Origin: Chlorokybus atmophyticus
Lineage: Eukaryota; Plantae; Mesostigma and Chlorokybus algae
Assembly: GCA_009103225.1 (NCBI GenBank)
Contig: RHPI01001946.1
Span: 318,302 to 382,301, forward strand
Length of the DNA: 64,000 bases
Direction: 5' to 3'
A program made the translations under genes and the position numbers. Positions 11,301 to 23,744 of the stretch are shown piece by piece (position 1 is the first letter of the stretch; every line of letters starts with the position of its first letter). Below the pieces are notes generated by a model. It searched no databases. It was not told where the DNA came from and was given only the letters and a program-made list of their open reading frames with translations.

Positions 11301-14300
11301 ACAACCAGCTGCAGCAGCCTGAGGCTGCTGTCGGCATCCTTGTTTATGCTCAGAAGCACCTGAATGCCGAGCTGAAAGAGTCCTGGTATGAAAAGCTGCA
11401 GCGTTGGGACGATGCGCTTGAAGCGTATGAACGCAAAAAGGCTTCTGCCACCACTCCCGCAATGGCCTTGCAAGCCGACCTTGGTACAGTGCTGATGGCC
11501 ATGACATAATACAAAAACATGTTGATGTGTCGTTAAGGGGCCATTCTGTCCTGGCAATCTGCGGTATCAAACATTTATCGCCGGCACTTGGCGCAGGTCG
11601 CATCAGATGTTTGGCAGCACTGGCGGAGTGGGAGGAGCTCAGCAAGCTATGCAAGGACACCTGGCCAAAGGCAGAGGGGGCTGCACAGCTGACAATGGCA
11701 CCCATGGCTGCCAATGCCGCATGGCAGATGGGCGAGTGGGAAGAGATGGAGAAGTACACAAGTGCATTGGGTATCAGTGGCACGGTGGGCACAGTTGGCT
11801 CTTTGAGCAATAAGGCATCCATCCAGGGCGCAGGAGCAGGTACCGGTACTCTTGCATATGCATGAGTGCATGCATGCGCGTATTGTGTGCACATATGTGT
11901 GCTTCATTGTTTGTTGATTGTCTGCACCTGCATGGGCTGCGCTAACACTGTCATGTATGCAGCCTTTAGCAACCGCAGCGACGGCGCCTTTTACAGGGCA
12001 GTGCTGTGCGTGCGCAAGGGCGAGTTCCCACAAGCACAGGCGCATGTTGAGCGTGCGCGCGAGCTTATCGCCACTGAACTGGCTGCACTTGTTGGTGAGA
12101 GTTACGAGCGTGCATATGGTGACATGGTTCGCGTCCAACAACTCGCTGAGATAGAGGAGGTCATGCACTACTGCCAGCTCAAGCCTGAGGAAGCAGATGA
12201 AAAACATCGCATGCAGCGCATGTGGAGTGATCGCATCCGCGGTGCTCAGCGTAACGTGGAGGTCTGGCAAGCAGTGCTGGCGGTACGATCCCTGATACTT
12301 CCATCTGCCGAAGATGCGCAAACTTGGCTCAAGTTTGCATCGCTTTGCCGCAAGAGTGGACGTGTGCGCCAGTCGCACCGCACCCTCGTGCGGTTGCTGC
12401 AGGCAGACCAGGCTAGGATGGCACCGAACGGGGAGGCTGTTGGCAATGGCTACATCCCTGGCTTTGGTATGCCCAATGTCTTTCTGGCGTACCTTAAGCA
12501 CATGTGGGCGGTTGGTGATGAAGGCAAGCGGCGCGACGCCTTCCGTCACCTACAGAGCTTTGCGGTCGAGCTTAACAACCGTGTGCGCGAGGGCGAGAAC
12601 ATGGACTCTGCCTTCATGTCAAAAGTGTACCTCAAGTTGGGTACGTGGCGGTGGGCGCTCTGCGAAGAGCTGAACGATGCTGCTATTCAGGATGTTCTGA
12701 GCTCGTTGCACGAGGCCAAGGAGGCGGGGCGAGCATGGGCAAAGGCATGGCATCATTGGGCACTGTTCAATGCTGCTGCTATGGAGCACTACTACCGTAC
12801 AGCGCCGCAGCTGGCGTCGCGTTATGTTGCACCGGCCATCACTGGTTTCTTCAGCTCGATCGCGTTGGGCACAGCTCAAGACTCGCCCCAGAGACGGGAT
12901 GGAAGCTTGCAGGACATCTTGCGGCTTCTCACCCTTTGGTTCAACCACGGCAGCACAGAGGAGGTTCAGGCCGCGCTGCGCGAGGGCTTCGACCACGTCA
13001 GCATTGACACTTGGCTTGTGGTCATCCCGCAGATCATTGCACGCATCCACTCCAACAGCCCTTCCGTGCGCAGCCTGATTCACCTTCTCCTCGTGCGCAT
13101 TGGCCACTACCACCCTCAGGCCCTCATGTATCCGCTGCTGGTTGCATGTAAGTCGCAAAGCCCCGGCAGGCGTGCGGCCGCTATGAGCGTCATCGAGAAT
13201 TTGCAGCAGCGCAGCGCGCCACTCGTTGAGCAAGCGCAGCTCGTGTCGCAAGAGCTCATACGCATAGCCATTCTGTGGCATGAGATGTGGCATGAAGCCC
13301 TTGAAGAAGCGAGCCGGCTGTACTTTGGAGAGCATAATGTGCAGGTGGGCATGTGTCTGCGAGTGTGATCCACCTTGGGTTGCGGATTGCTGGGTTTGTC
13401 TTTACTCTAGTGCTTTGTAGGGCATGCTGGCCGTGTTGGAGCCGCTTCATGCCATGATGGAGAAGCAGGGCCCCGAGACGCTCAAGGAGATCAACTTTGT
13501 CACAGCATATGGCCGCGAGCTTCAGGCGCGTGACAATGGCATGTATTGGGGTGTCGCAATAGTTTGCAGCTGTGGGAGTGCATACTGATGGTTCTGTGGG
13601 GATCGCAGGAGGCGAACGAATGGTGTCAGAAGTTCAAGCGCAGTGGCAAAGAGGCGGAGTTGAACCAGGCATGGGATCTTTACTACCACGTGTTCAAGCG
13701 TATCAACAAGCAGCTTCCAAGCCTCACAACCTTGGAGCTCCAGTTTGTGTCCCCGCACCTAGCTGCCGCTCAAAACCTGGAACTCGCCGTTCCTGGCACG
13801 TATCGCGCAGGCGCACCTGTTGTCACCATTGCAGGCTTTGCTCCCACGCTGGTTGTCATCACGTCAAAGCAACGCCCTCGCAAGTTCACGACACATGGAA
13901 GTGATGGCGGCGAGTATGTGTTCCTGCTGAAGGGCCACGAAGACTTGCGTCAGGTACGCAATGTGATGCAGTGATGACTTGCAATTGACATGACTGTGTC
14001 AATTGCAACTGAACATCTCCTTTGCAGGATGAACGTGTCATGCAGCTGTTCGGGCTGGTCAACACCTTGCTGGCCAATCACCGCGACACGGCTGAACGAG
14101 ACTTGTCGATTGTCCGGTACGCGGTGGTGCCGCTGTCTCCCAACAGCGGGTTGATAGGATGGGTGCCCAACTGCGACACCCTGCACTACCTCATCCGTGA
14201 GTACCGGGAAGCGCGCAACATCACCCTCAACATCGAGCACAGGATGATGGTTTCCATGGCGCCGGACTACGACCATCTCACGCTCATGGCCAAGGTGGAG

Positions 14301-15450
14301 GTGTTTGAGCACGCGCTCGAGTCCACCGCCGGCCAAGACATACACAAGGTTCTGTGGCTCAAGTCGCGCAGCTCCGAGGTGTGGCTGAGCCGCCGCACGA
14401 ACTACACGCGCAGCCTTGCCGTCATGAGCATGGTGGGATACATCCTCGGCCTTGGCGATCGCCACCCGAGCAATCTCATGCTTGACCGCTACAGCGGCAA
14501 GATTCTGCACATTGACTTTGGCGACTGCTTTGAAGCCTCCATGAACAGGGAGAAGTTCCCCGAAAAGGTGCCCTTCCGCCTCACGCGCATGCTCATCAAG
14601 GCGATGGAGGTCAGCGGCATCGAGGGCAACTTTCGCAAGACGTGTGAAGCCACCATGCACGTACTGCGTGCCAACAAGGACTCCGTCATGGCCATGCTGG
14701 AGGCATTTGTGCATGACCCCCTCATCAATTGGCGCCTCATGAACACTAATGAACCCATTGCTGACCCTGTCACTGGTGCCTTGACTTCCACACGCCATCA
14801 ACACCCTACTCCTGTCATGGTGCGTATATATTGCATGCACAAGCCAGAACGCTAATTTGAGTATTGGTGGTCAAACAAGATGTGTGTTTTGCAGGTGGAT
14901 GGCCGCTTGGAAGCCGGGGAGGGCCAGTCGCCACCGCGGAGAGGCGTCAGAGAGAAGGAGCTGTTGCAGGTGGGCTTTTGCCAAGTGTGTACACGTTCTG
15001 TTGAGGGTCCGTTGCTTAAGCATCCATGTGTGTTGGTCGTGCGCAGGCCGTGGGTCAGCTGGGAGACGCGAATGAGGTGTTGAACGAGCGCGCAGTTGCC
15101 GTCATGAAACGCATGAGTCACAAGCTGACGGGCCGGGACTTCCCCAGCGCGCATCTGGGCGGCAGCACGTACCTCTACGGGGGGCTTGTGTCTGGCAGTA
15201 GCCCTGGCACACCGACAGCAGGGGACCGGGCGGAAGGACCCCGCATGAGCGTCGAAGAGCAGGTGCAGAAACTTGTCCTCCAATCTACCTCGCATGAGAA
15301 CCTCTGCCAGAGCTATATTGGGTAAGACAAGCAGTCTGCGCGTACAAGATGTCTGCATTACAGCGATTGCACAACGCATCCCCGTGCTCCGTGCGCATAT
15401 GCCCGTCCTCATGAGATATGTCGTTGCGCAGATGGTGTCCGTTCTGGTGA
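5378..15450 (+). CDS. TOR: Target of rapamycin kinase (HEAT-FAT-FRB-kinase-FATC), about 30 introns
   Basis: Plant-like N-terminus ([28 protein letters not shown]), FAT ([13 protein letters not shown]), FRB ([19 protein letters not shown]), kinase ([35 protein letters not shown]), FATC end [15 protein letters not shown] (TGA 15448-15450). Start may instead be ATG 4724 (see findings). Confidence 0.98.
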
Positions 15451-16759
15451 CATGTACAGTTGTGTAAGTTATTGATCTGCAAGCTATTGCTGCGTCATGC
15501 CACTCACAGGTGAGGATGGCCTAGTTGGGTTAGGTTCAACAAGCGAGTCATCAGGCAAGCGCTTACGTTCAATGCACCCACAGGTGGCACACTTGATTGG
15601 CAGACACCGACAGCTGCCTTGTGGTGAGTATCATGCCGCTCTTACAGAGTGTCTTCGAAGATGCCGGACACCGTTGTGATCTGGTTTGGTTTCTGTAAGG
15701 TTGCATGCGCAGGCGTTGTGTTGTGATTGCTTGTGATGTATATATTAGCTTCTCGTAGGTATTCTGTAGGTGTCAGCTTCCCCTTGGGCACACCTGTCTG
15801 TTGACGATTATGGTTGATAGCTTGGAGTATTACCATGTCCATATGCAAAGACTTGGGTCATGTCTAAGTGTTGATCTGCGAAGCACGTCTATAAATCCAC
15901 CAATAGGTTTCAAAATATGTTAGCTATGATTGTACTGCCACTTTCCAACATGAGTGCCAAATGATAAGAAGCAGTATTTGCTGACATGACCAATTGCTCA
16001 TTCACACACTCATTCACGCTAAGGATGCTCTCGAGTGTGCTGCTCCACATGCCATGGTGTGTAGGCTTATCTGTAGCCTAGATGTGTGGCATTTGGCTGA
16101 AGTGTACCACATAACTGACATAAGAGCTGCGCAACATACACAACACATGTGTCTTTCCACATGCTGGCAGTGCAGCTACACCTGGCAGTTTATGTGGCAG
16201 GCGCACATGGCTAGCTTGTGCCCCTGCTTTCATTGATGTGCTTGATGGCCTGTCTTTTGCCTTGCTGCTGTGTCTTGTTGATTGGTGGTTGGAGGTGTGA
16301 TTGCCTTCGCAGCAGTCATAGCGGAAAGCTTGTAAATATACGGCCCTATGGGCAATAGGTAATGACAATTGCTAACACGCGTGCCAAACGGGTTGGGGCA
16401 GTAATGAAGATAAGTAGAGTGTGTGGCCCGGTGGTGAAGTGCAATGGCTGTGATTGCTTGCATCCTAACTGTGACTGTGCATGAATGCATGCTCAATTGC
16501 ACTGCAATGCGTACTTTGTACACATGATAACACGGCTTTGGCCACAAAGGGAGTGCTATGCATGCACTGCAGTAGCTAAAAAACCCTCGGAGTGCAGCGG
16601 CACTAAAATATGGCGTTTGCAGCGATTGCGGTGGGTGTTGGAGGGTTTGGGGAGCGACGGCGTGAGGGGTTTGCTGATTGTCCTTGGTGTGTTGAGACGG
16701 CCATGATGCGGTGGCGGTTGTGTAGAAAGTAAACTGCTATGGTGCATTTATGGTGCATT

Positions 16760-17390
16760 TATGATGGGGTCGAGCAGCAGTGTTAGTAGCCTAACAACTT
16801 CACTACGGTGGTGAAGTTGGTAGTAGTAGGGTATTCCGTAGCCCATTGGTCAAACGCGCGAATGCGTGCGTGCGCATTACCGCGCCAATATTGCAGCATG
16901 CTAGGTATATGCCTAGCATCCATGTGCAGATACTCAACAATTGTGTTTCGGATTCTTGTACACATGCATGTCACGACTTTGTGCATCGCCGTTACACTTC
17001 ACATGTCTATGAGTATCATGATCATACACATACATAAAAGCCAAGCACTCCCATTGCCTAAGTTTACATAGGTGAAGCTATGCTACGAGGGCCAAGCTCC
17101 TATCTGTGTGCGCACGGACTAGCGTGACCATGGGATCAACAGCACAGACTATAAACATGCATACATGCACTAATGATGTTTTTTGATAGACGCAGATTGA
17201 TGGCAAAGCAATGTGTATTTGTACACATGTTCACATATTGCGGCGTAGGAGAGGAGGAAAGACATTGAAGGGGTGAGCAATGCGGTAATGATCGTTGACG
17301 ACGACTACGCAATTGCAGACAGCCTTGCAAACGCACTTTTTGAGCATAACATCAAGCAAGTACATATTGACATTAAGATTGAGATATACT
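16760..17390 (+). pseudogene. Possible decayed coding relic (unidentified, perhaps TE-derived)
   Basis: One frame gives protein-like text (VKLCYEGQAPICVRTD*RDHGINSTDYKHAYMH**CFLIDAD*WQSN...VMIVDDDYAIADSLANALFEHNIK) whose stops could derive from CAG/CAA/CGA; no domain confidently recognised. Confidence 0.25.
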
Positions 17391-17564
17391 AACTTCGTCC
17401 GGCTCGACACCACTTGCACCCAACTCTGCACAGCATTGCAAGCTTGCACATAATGTAAAGTGACAGTTATATGAGTGGGTTAAGTGAGTAAGCAAAGTGC
17501 AGTCCCTGGCCTACTCCGATGTGCTACTTGCCTCTAATTTCGCACAGCTATGTGCTTGGGTAGT

Positions 17565-18211
17565 TGTCATGCTTAAGGCTGGCATACGACGACAATGGGC
17601 CCATTGTCGTCGTATGCCAGCCTTCATCGAGCATGCCTACATCAAAGCCCTCGCCCGGCCTATTAGCATGAAGACTCACGCGCGTCACTAACCAGTAGCT
17701 AGGTCATGACGCTAGACCAGCTCATGACCGTAGCCTACATAGGCACCGCGCGTAGCAGTTCAGTGTTGAGTTCAGTTATAAGTTGTGTTCCATACCGAAT
17801 GTGGGGTTCTTTAAAAATAGCACATAGCACTCGATATGTCCGTTAGCTTAAAGCCAATATATTATTAGCTGAACAGTCATGAGTTGACTTGTATAAGTAT
17901 TCATGGTGTTCATTGGATCAGCTGGTGACATCGTGAGTGAGAAAGCTAAGAGATTGTGAAGCGACTTGAACTACAAACACGCCGTCCCGGTTACGAATCC
18001 CATCACCGTGTGAGAGCCTGTGCATGCTCTTGTGCGCTATGCTTGTGTTGCTGTGAGCTTGGTGTGCTTGGGTGCGGTGTGCTTGTTGGCATCAGTCAGG
18101 GCATAGCATCCACGAATTGCTCGCTGAATCACCTCACTTAATAGTGTAGCATATCTTCCTCTCATGCAGAGATCTGTGAAAGTAACATTACCTATAGTAG
18201 TGGCTTGTTGA
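17565..18211 (+). repeat. Terminal repeat A1 of retroelement copy 1
   Basis: Aligns by eye with 30437-31006 and 59002-59625 (e.g. GCACCGCGCGTAG, GGATCAGCTGGTGACA, GTGAGAGCCTGTGCATG, ending GTGGCTTGTTGA). Confidence 0.9.
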
Positions 18212-18631
18212 CTCACAATGTCACCCTCTTTGCTCAAGTGAGTGTAGTTGCATTCTGCATATCAGAGATTCAGCTTGTAGTTGGATACATCTACGTGCAT
18301 TGTTATCACTGTCATCACATAGTGCGCACAAGCACTAGTGTGTTGAGTGGTCGCACCATTGAGATAGAATTTATAGGGCACAACCAGTTTACCCTTCATA
18401 CACTTTTACTCTGGCATCAGCTGTATGAGCAGGCCCACCCCTTTCTTGCCAATAAACGAGGGGAACCCCAACAGCTGGAGCCCAACCTCCAACCTTACTT
18501 ACGAACGAGCAAGTAAAGGAAGCAGTTATTGCAACAGCAGAGGCTTACGCTCCGTTTCCGGCTTTACCACCTTCCACTCCACCTTTCGGCAACGAGCTTC
18601 TCCACCTCCTTTGAACAGTGACGACAACGAG

Positions 18632-20230
18632 ATGGAGTCCTCAAGCTAAATCAACTCCCTGCGCTTCTCTGGACGTCCGGGCACCACATCACTTCACCAG
18701 TTCATCATCAAGTTCCACTCCAAGATACGGCAGCAAGCCCTCAAGGACAAAGACTGGACAGACAAAGTGTCGATTCATGTGTCTGATCAGTACTTTAACC
18801 ATAAAGCACATGATTTTTGAAAATCTACTGCTGAGCACAAGATCGATGGCTTTGGCGAGCTTGCCAGCATCATAGCATCCACCTCATTAACAGCCCAGCA
18901 GTTGCTGTCCCTACAGCAGCTGCCCCACCAGCCTCAGTCACCAATCTCACCTTAGCTGTAGCTATGGACAAGGCAGAAAATAAAGAGGTCGAGGTGGTGG
19001 TGGTGGTGGCCTCCTTAACTGTTGCAGAGATCAAGGCCAAAAAAGCAGAGCCTATCGCTGGATGAGGGTACTTAACCGTACCGCTGCCATCATCAAAGAG
19101 CAGCAAGATGAGCATCAAGAGGCTTTGGAGCTGGGTACACCTCCACTACCAACTCCGAGCTCCCGCGGTCCAGCAAGCGGGCAGTATCTCCACCCTGAGG
19201 TCAGTAACATTGCGTGCACCAACCATTGCCATTGGTGCTGCCATGTCCGACTCTCATCTCCAAGACCCGTACGCTGCACTGCGGTGCACTTTCCCACCTC
19301 AAACCAACCGCCAAGTGGAGTTGAGACGCTTTCGACGGAAGCCCAACGAGGTCTCTTAGGCTGTACTCGAGGCTGAAAGGGCTGCTGAAGAACGCTTACT
19401 ACAAGATTGTTAGCAAGGCGGCGGCTTCAGTGGTGTATGTGGTCGAATTGAATCCCACCTTTCGTGATTCAACGCGCTTGACGCTAAACTACAGTCGGCC
19501 CCTTGGCTACACCCTGCAGGAAGCATGCAAGACTGCACAAGCCATCCACAAGCGCGCGGTGTACAAGAAAGCAATTTTGAAATTCAACCGGAGTGCTTTG
19601 CGTCCCATGACGAGCGCAAGTGCGGAGCCCCCTCGGCGAGACCGTAGTCGGAAGGTACCATTTATACGCAACAAGGATAACCAGTCAGCTCATGCTGGCC
19701 TTGTTGCTCCGGTGTCGTGCCATTGGTGTGGTCGTCATTGCACTATTAACAAAATGCACCGGAGACTATGGCAACCTTGAGTAAAACAACTGCCACAAGA
19801 CGGGACACTTGGAGGCAGTATGCTAGCTTAAGTTCCCCGAGATACGGCCCTCTATTGGCTACAACAACAGCAACAACGCTTGTAGCTACTGTGGAAGCAA
19901 CAACATCAACAACGCTGGTGGCTACAACAACAGCAACAATGCTGGTGGTCACAATAACAGCAACAACAACGCTGGTGGCCACAACCCCAACCCCGACAAC
20001 AACAGTAATAACAACGCTAGCGCTTGCAAGAAAGAGCCTGGTTACAGAGGGAGAATCCGCCCTCCACAGCGCAAAGGACATCCTCGTGCTGGAGCAGCTG
20101 CTGTTAAAGCACCAGGTCAAACCACCAGCTGTTGACGAAGTTGCAGCCCTCATGGCGCGCGTGGCATAGTTGAAGGAGAACAAGGAGCAGGACTATAAAT
20201 CCTATGCCGCTCGCTAGGTGTTGATGGCAC
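18632..20230 (+). pseudogene. Gag remnant of retroelement copy 1
   Basis: MESSS*INSLRFSGRPGTTSLHQFIIKF...TLNYSRPLGYTLQEA...PVSCHWCGRHC; colinear with the better-preserved Gag at 60400-62000 that has two CCHC knuckles. Confidence 0.8.
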
Positions 20231-22019
20231 CAAAATGGGAGAAGGACATTGTGACACCATTGCGTGTGCAACCGTCAAGACGTGCGCGCAGAGAAGCTGG
20301 CGCATTACCAACAGCGGCATTGTCAGAAGCAACAAGTGGGCCTGCGTCGGCAGCCACAACCACTGCTGGGACAACACCGTCAAACCAAATCAGCCGGCGC
20401 AGCAAGTGCGGATACACCTGGCACCACTCTGGCCCCAGTTATGGAAAGCACCAACACCGCAGCAGTCATGGGTGGTGAGCCTGTCTGCGACGGAGGAACC
20501 ACCCTTGGTATAGCTGAAGCCATTTCACCACGTCACGACTGTCGCTGCACTCACAACTGCTACCTCTGTCACAACGATTGCTGGAATTGCCACAATCATT
20601 GCTGCCGTTGATGCTGCCGCTCCCTCTGCACTCACCACTGCCACGCCTTCATCGGGGGTTCGTACAACCCCTCCACCACACCTTGATGTCACTCAACAAG
20701 TGCCGCGCGGACCACAAGCAAAGCGTGCCTGGGTGTTCATCCTGCGCAACATCGAACTAACAACCATTACGTACGGCTCAAGGGGGCATCGCACACGCGA
20801 GTAACAAGAAATGATCGCATCTTGCCATTGCCACCAAGAATACCATGCGCTACTGGAGCTCACACAACAACAGTTGGAGGATGAGATTATTGCAGGCATT
20901 GCTCCAAAGATGCGAGACCGTCTCTTCGGGGTGTCCTATCGGCAGTCTGTTGTGTTGGAGTTGGCATTCTAGTTATTGTTAACATATGCAAGGCTGCATG
21001 AAGCATTCACTCGGTCACGCCAGCCGATGCCCGCTTAGCTGCTTGACTTCAAGCCCTCACCATCGGACCCGCTCGGACTCCAGCATCGCTCAGTGCAAGA
21101 CCTTGTAGTGACAATATTAAACATACACTAGGCATTAACCCAGCGCTTCGTTTGCTTCGTTCAGTCAAGCCGACAAGAGCGGTTCTCGGTCTTCGAGCAA
21201 GCATATTGCTATTGGCTGTAGCAGCCCAAGGGCATGCGCGACGCCAAGCGTATCAGGCAGCACGCGTAGCTGCTAGCCAACCTGCAGGGGCATTCAACGT
21301 CACTGGTCCCTTCAGTGCACTCGCATTGCGGCCACCTTTGGCAACCACGATTACTCCGCAGGGGCAAGCAACTGCCGCTGACCAAGCGAGGGCGTTGGCG
21401 CAACAATTGAGGGGGTAAATCGCTCTGCTGCTGCCTTCTCTGGTTACGGATATGCCCGAGGATCAGTGCGATGCAGGGCCAGGTTACCTCACCTTACAAG
21501 GGGACACCACACAAAGAGGAGGAGCTGGTAGGAGAGCAACTTCATGCCGCGCTTAGGCGACAAGCAGTCATGCTGCACAAACCCAAGGGTAGTGCATTAA
21601 GACAGATAATGGGGATGCGAAAGGGCAGCAAAAACCGAGCACGGTTGGTGATGTGACTCGACTCAAATCACCCGGCTGTCCTCATTTTTGCCTTTGACAA
21701 CAAAGCATCTTGGTTGAGGGCATTCATACGTTCGCTGCGGCAAGCATATGATAATACTGCCACCATTGCTCCAAGCATTCTGGAGTGAGTGCAAGATCCA
21801 ATGCTGCGGCTGCCAGGAGTAGAAGCATCACAGCATCAGTGCATCGCCATCGCTCACGAGCTACACGCGCAGCAGGCCGACCTTCAACGCACAATACGGG
21901 CAGGCGCCATGATGGTGCCCGATGTGGGGGTGGTACAAAGAAGGTGGAAACCTACATGGCAGCGATCTTGCGAGTCCCCACCATTATCCATGACATGCGA
22001 CGACAGCTGCTGCGCGCAA

Positions 22020-22480
22020 TGTTGAAGAAGCTAGCAACACAAGTAGCTAAAGCTAATGCTGGACATGTTCACACACAACTCTCAACAGCCGCGAGAGCAT
22101 ACACAAGAGCAACACTTTCACTTGATTACAACTCAGTCATGGGTTGTATACCCGCTACAAGTACACCTGTCTACTCCAAAAGCAATTGTGTACGCTGCAC
22201 GTCATCTTTCATCATGAACCTAGCTTCATGACGTAGCTAACTTCAAGACCTTTTTAAGAAGCTAAGCCGCGCGCCCAACAATGACCTAGCCACTGAGTTA
22301 TAAGTGTTCTTTTGCACGCCGGGAAGTCGCGCCTCGAACCTTCTCTTTGACTAGAGTCTCCGCCTAGACTCTTCTCAATTGATGTCCGCGCCTGGAACCT
22401 TCTGCCGGCCAAACCTTTGGAGTTGACGCTTGTGCCTATATGGAGGGCAAGGCTGACCAGATATAGAAATATCTTTAAAA
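22020..22480 (-). mobile_element. Solo LTR nested in retroelement copy 1
   Basis: Absent from the aligned position of copy 2 (~63620); starts TGTTGAAG, ends CTTTAAAA (degenerate CTTCAACA); 5-bp TSD CGCAA/CGCAG; reverse complement resembles the solo LTR at 59887. Confidence 0.75.
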
Positions 22481-22989
22481 CGCAGTGTACCTGAATCCCA
22501 TGCCGCAGTATCACCACTGGACCGATGTGGACACGGAGCTCACGGCCACGTGGGAAGGGACATTGGTCAGAGAGGCAGCTCATACTGCCCGATAGATCTA
22601 CGCCGCAGAGCAATTGCAAGCTGAGTGCAAGGTAGGCTCACAAACACTAGGTCCACCAGACTTCCCTCCACAGCCGTTGGGGACACGGCTGGCATGATCC
22701 CATCCTCTTAAAGACGGCATCCACCATTACCTCCACCACAACCAGCACAAACCCCCCATTTTTAAGGGCTCCTCGCGCTTATCAACTGCCACAACAAGGC
22801 CGGTTTGGCAGAGGGAGGGACGAGGAGGAGGTCCTCAAAACCCAACAGGCAGTGGAGCTCTAGCTTCAATGCGCTCAGCACCTTCAGCAAAGAGACATGA
22901 GGCACCGATGCAAGCAGCCCGGAAAAAGAGGCCGCGCATTAACGCAAACGCTGCCATGGTCTCCAACCAGGGCAAGTATGTTACAATCA

Positions 22990-23365
22990 ATGGTCTGGCA
23001 CCCAGTGGGTGGTGCTAGACCCTCGAGCACAGCCTGTCATTGGACGCTTCCTCGCTTAAACCCTTGGCATTATCAGCTCGGATTTGCTGCCCTGCCCATA
23101 CATGTTGGACACGGCTATGAGGAGCCGCGACAAGGTGATTGGGGTCATCAAAGAGGCTTTTGCATTTGGTTTACAGGGTTGGACCCAACCCACACCACGG
23201 AGATTGTACAGTAGTGTGTGGTCATCAACGCCGGTGCCTGCGATTTTATGCTTCGGCAGGGCTTCAACTTCCACGTGGGCACGGGCCTTGACTGCTGGAC
23301 AGAGCAGGCATGATTTTGGCCACATTGGGATGGAGAGGTACAAGGCTTCCTACCGCTCAAGTTGA
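22990..23365 (+). pseudogene. Retropepsin-like aspartic protease remnant
   Basis: VVLDPRAQPVIGRFLA*TLGI (degenerate LDSGAQP motif) followed by CVVINAGACDFML...GLDCWTEQA*FWPHW, typical of streptophyte Ty3 proteases. Confidence 0.7.
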
Positions 23366-23744
23366 TTTCACGCACGCGCGCCCCATGCAAGGTGGCTGCA
23401 GCAGCCACTGGCAACCATGTGCGTAAGCAAGAAGCTGCATCAGCCCCATAAAAATTTCAAAGCCACATATGACAGCGCTTGCATCGGAGTTGCTGCCGTT
23501 GCAATAGGTCCTTGCCATAGACGGCTCCGCTCCGTCCCTTACAGTGGAAAGCAGGAGGATGCCATGGTTGATGGTGGCAATACAAGACCCATATGCACGC
23601 CGCTTGTGTGTACAAGTGGACGCGCACCTCTTTTTCTGACCCAACCTCTGATCACCTCGCGCTTCCACAATTACAAGGGACGCGGCAAGTGCAGGCATCA
23701 CCACATAGTGGGCAACGGCGTGGTAGAGTTCTACACCATTCACA

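Noticed and set aside
11647-14840. Long minus-strand ORFs (11647-12549, 12619-13335, 13950-14840)
   Set aside because: Antisense shadows of GC-rich TOR exons; no independent motifs.
15460-15470. TGTAA polyadenylation signals after several genes (also 1502, 46033)
   Set aside because: Short motif, frequent by chance, not found after every gene; needs 3'-end data.
18200-18230. tRNA primer-binding site after repeat A
   Set aside because: TGGCTTGTTGA starts with TGG but I cannot match it to a tRNA 3' end; needs a tRNA database search.
19768-20169. Thr-rich mucin-like ORF
   Set aside because: Alternative frame of the Asn/Gly-rich AAC repeats in Gag.
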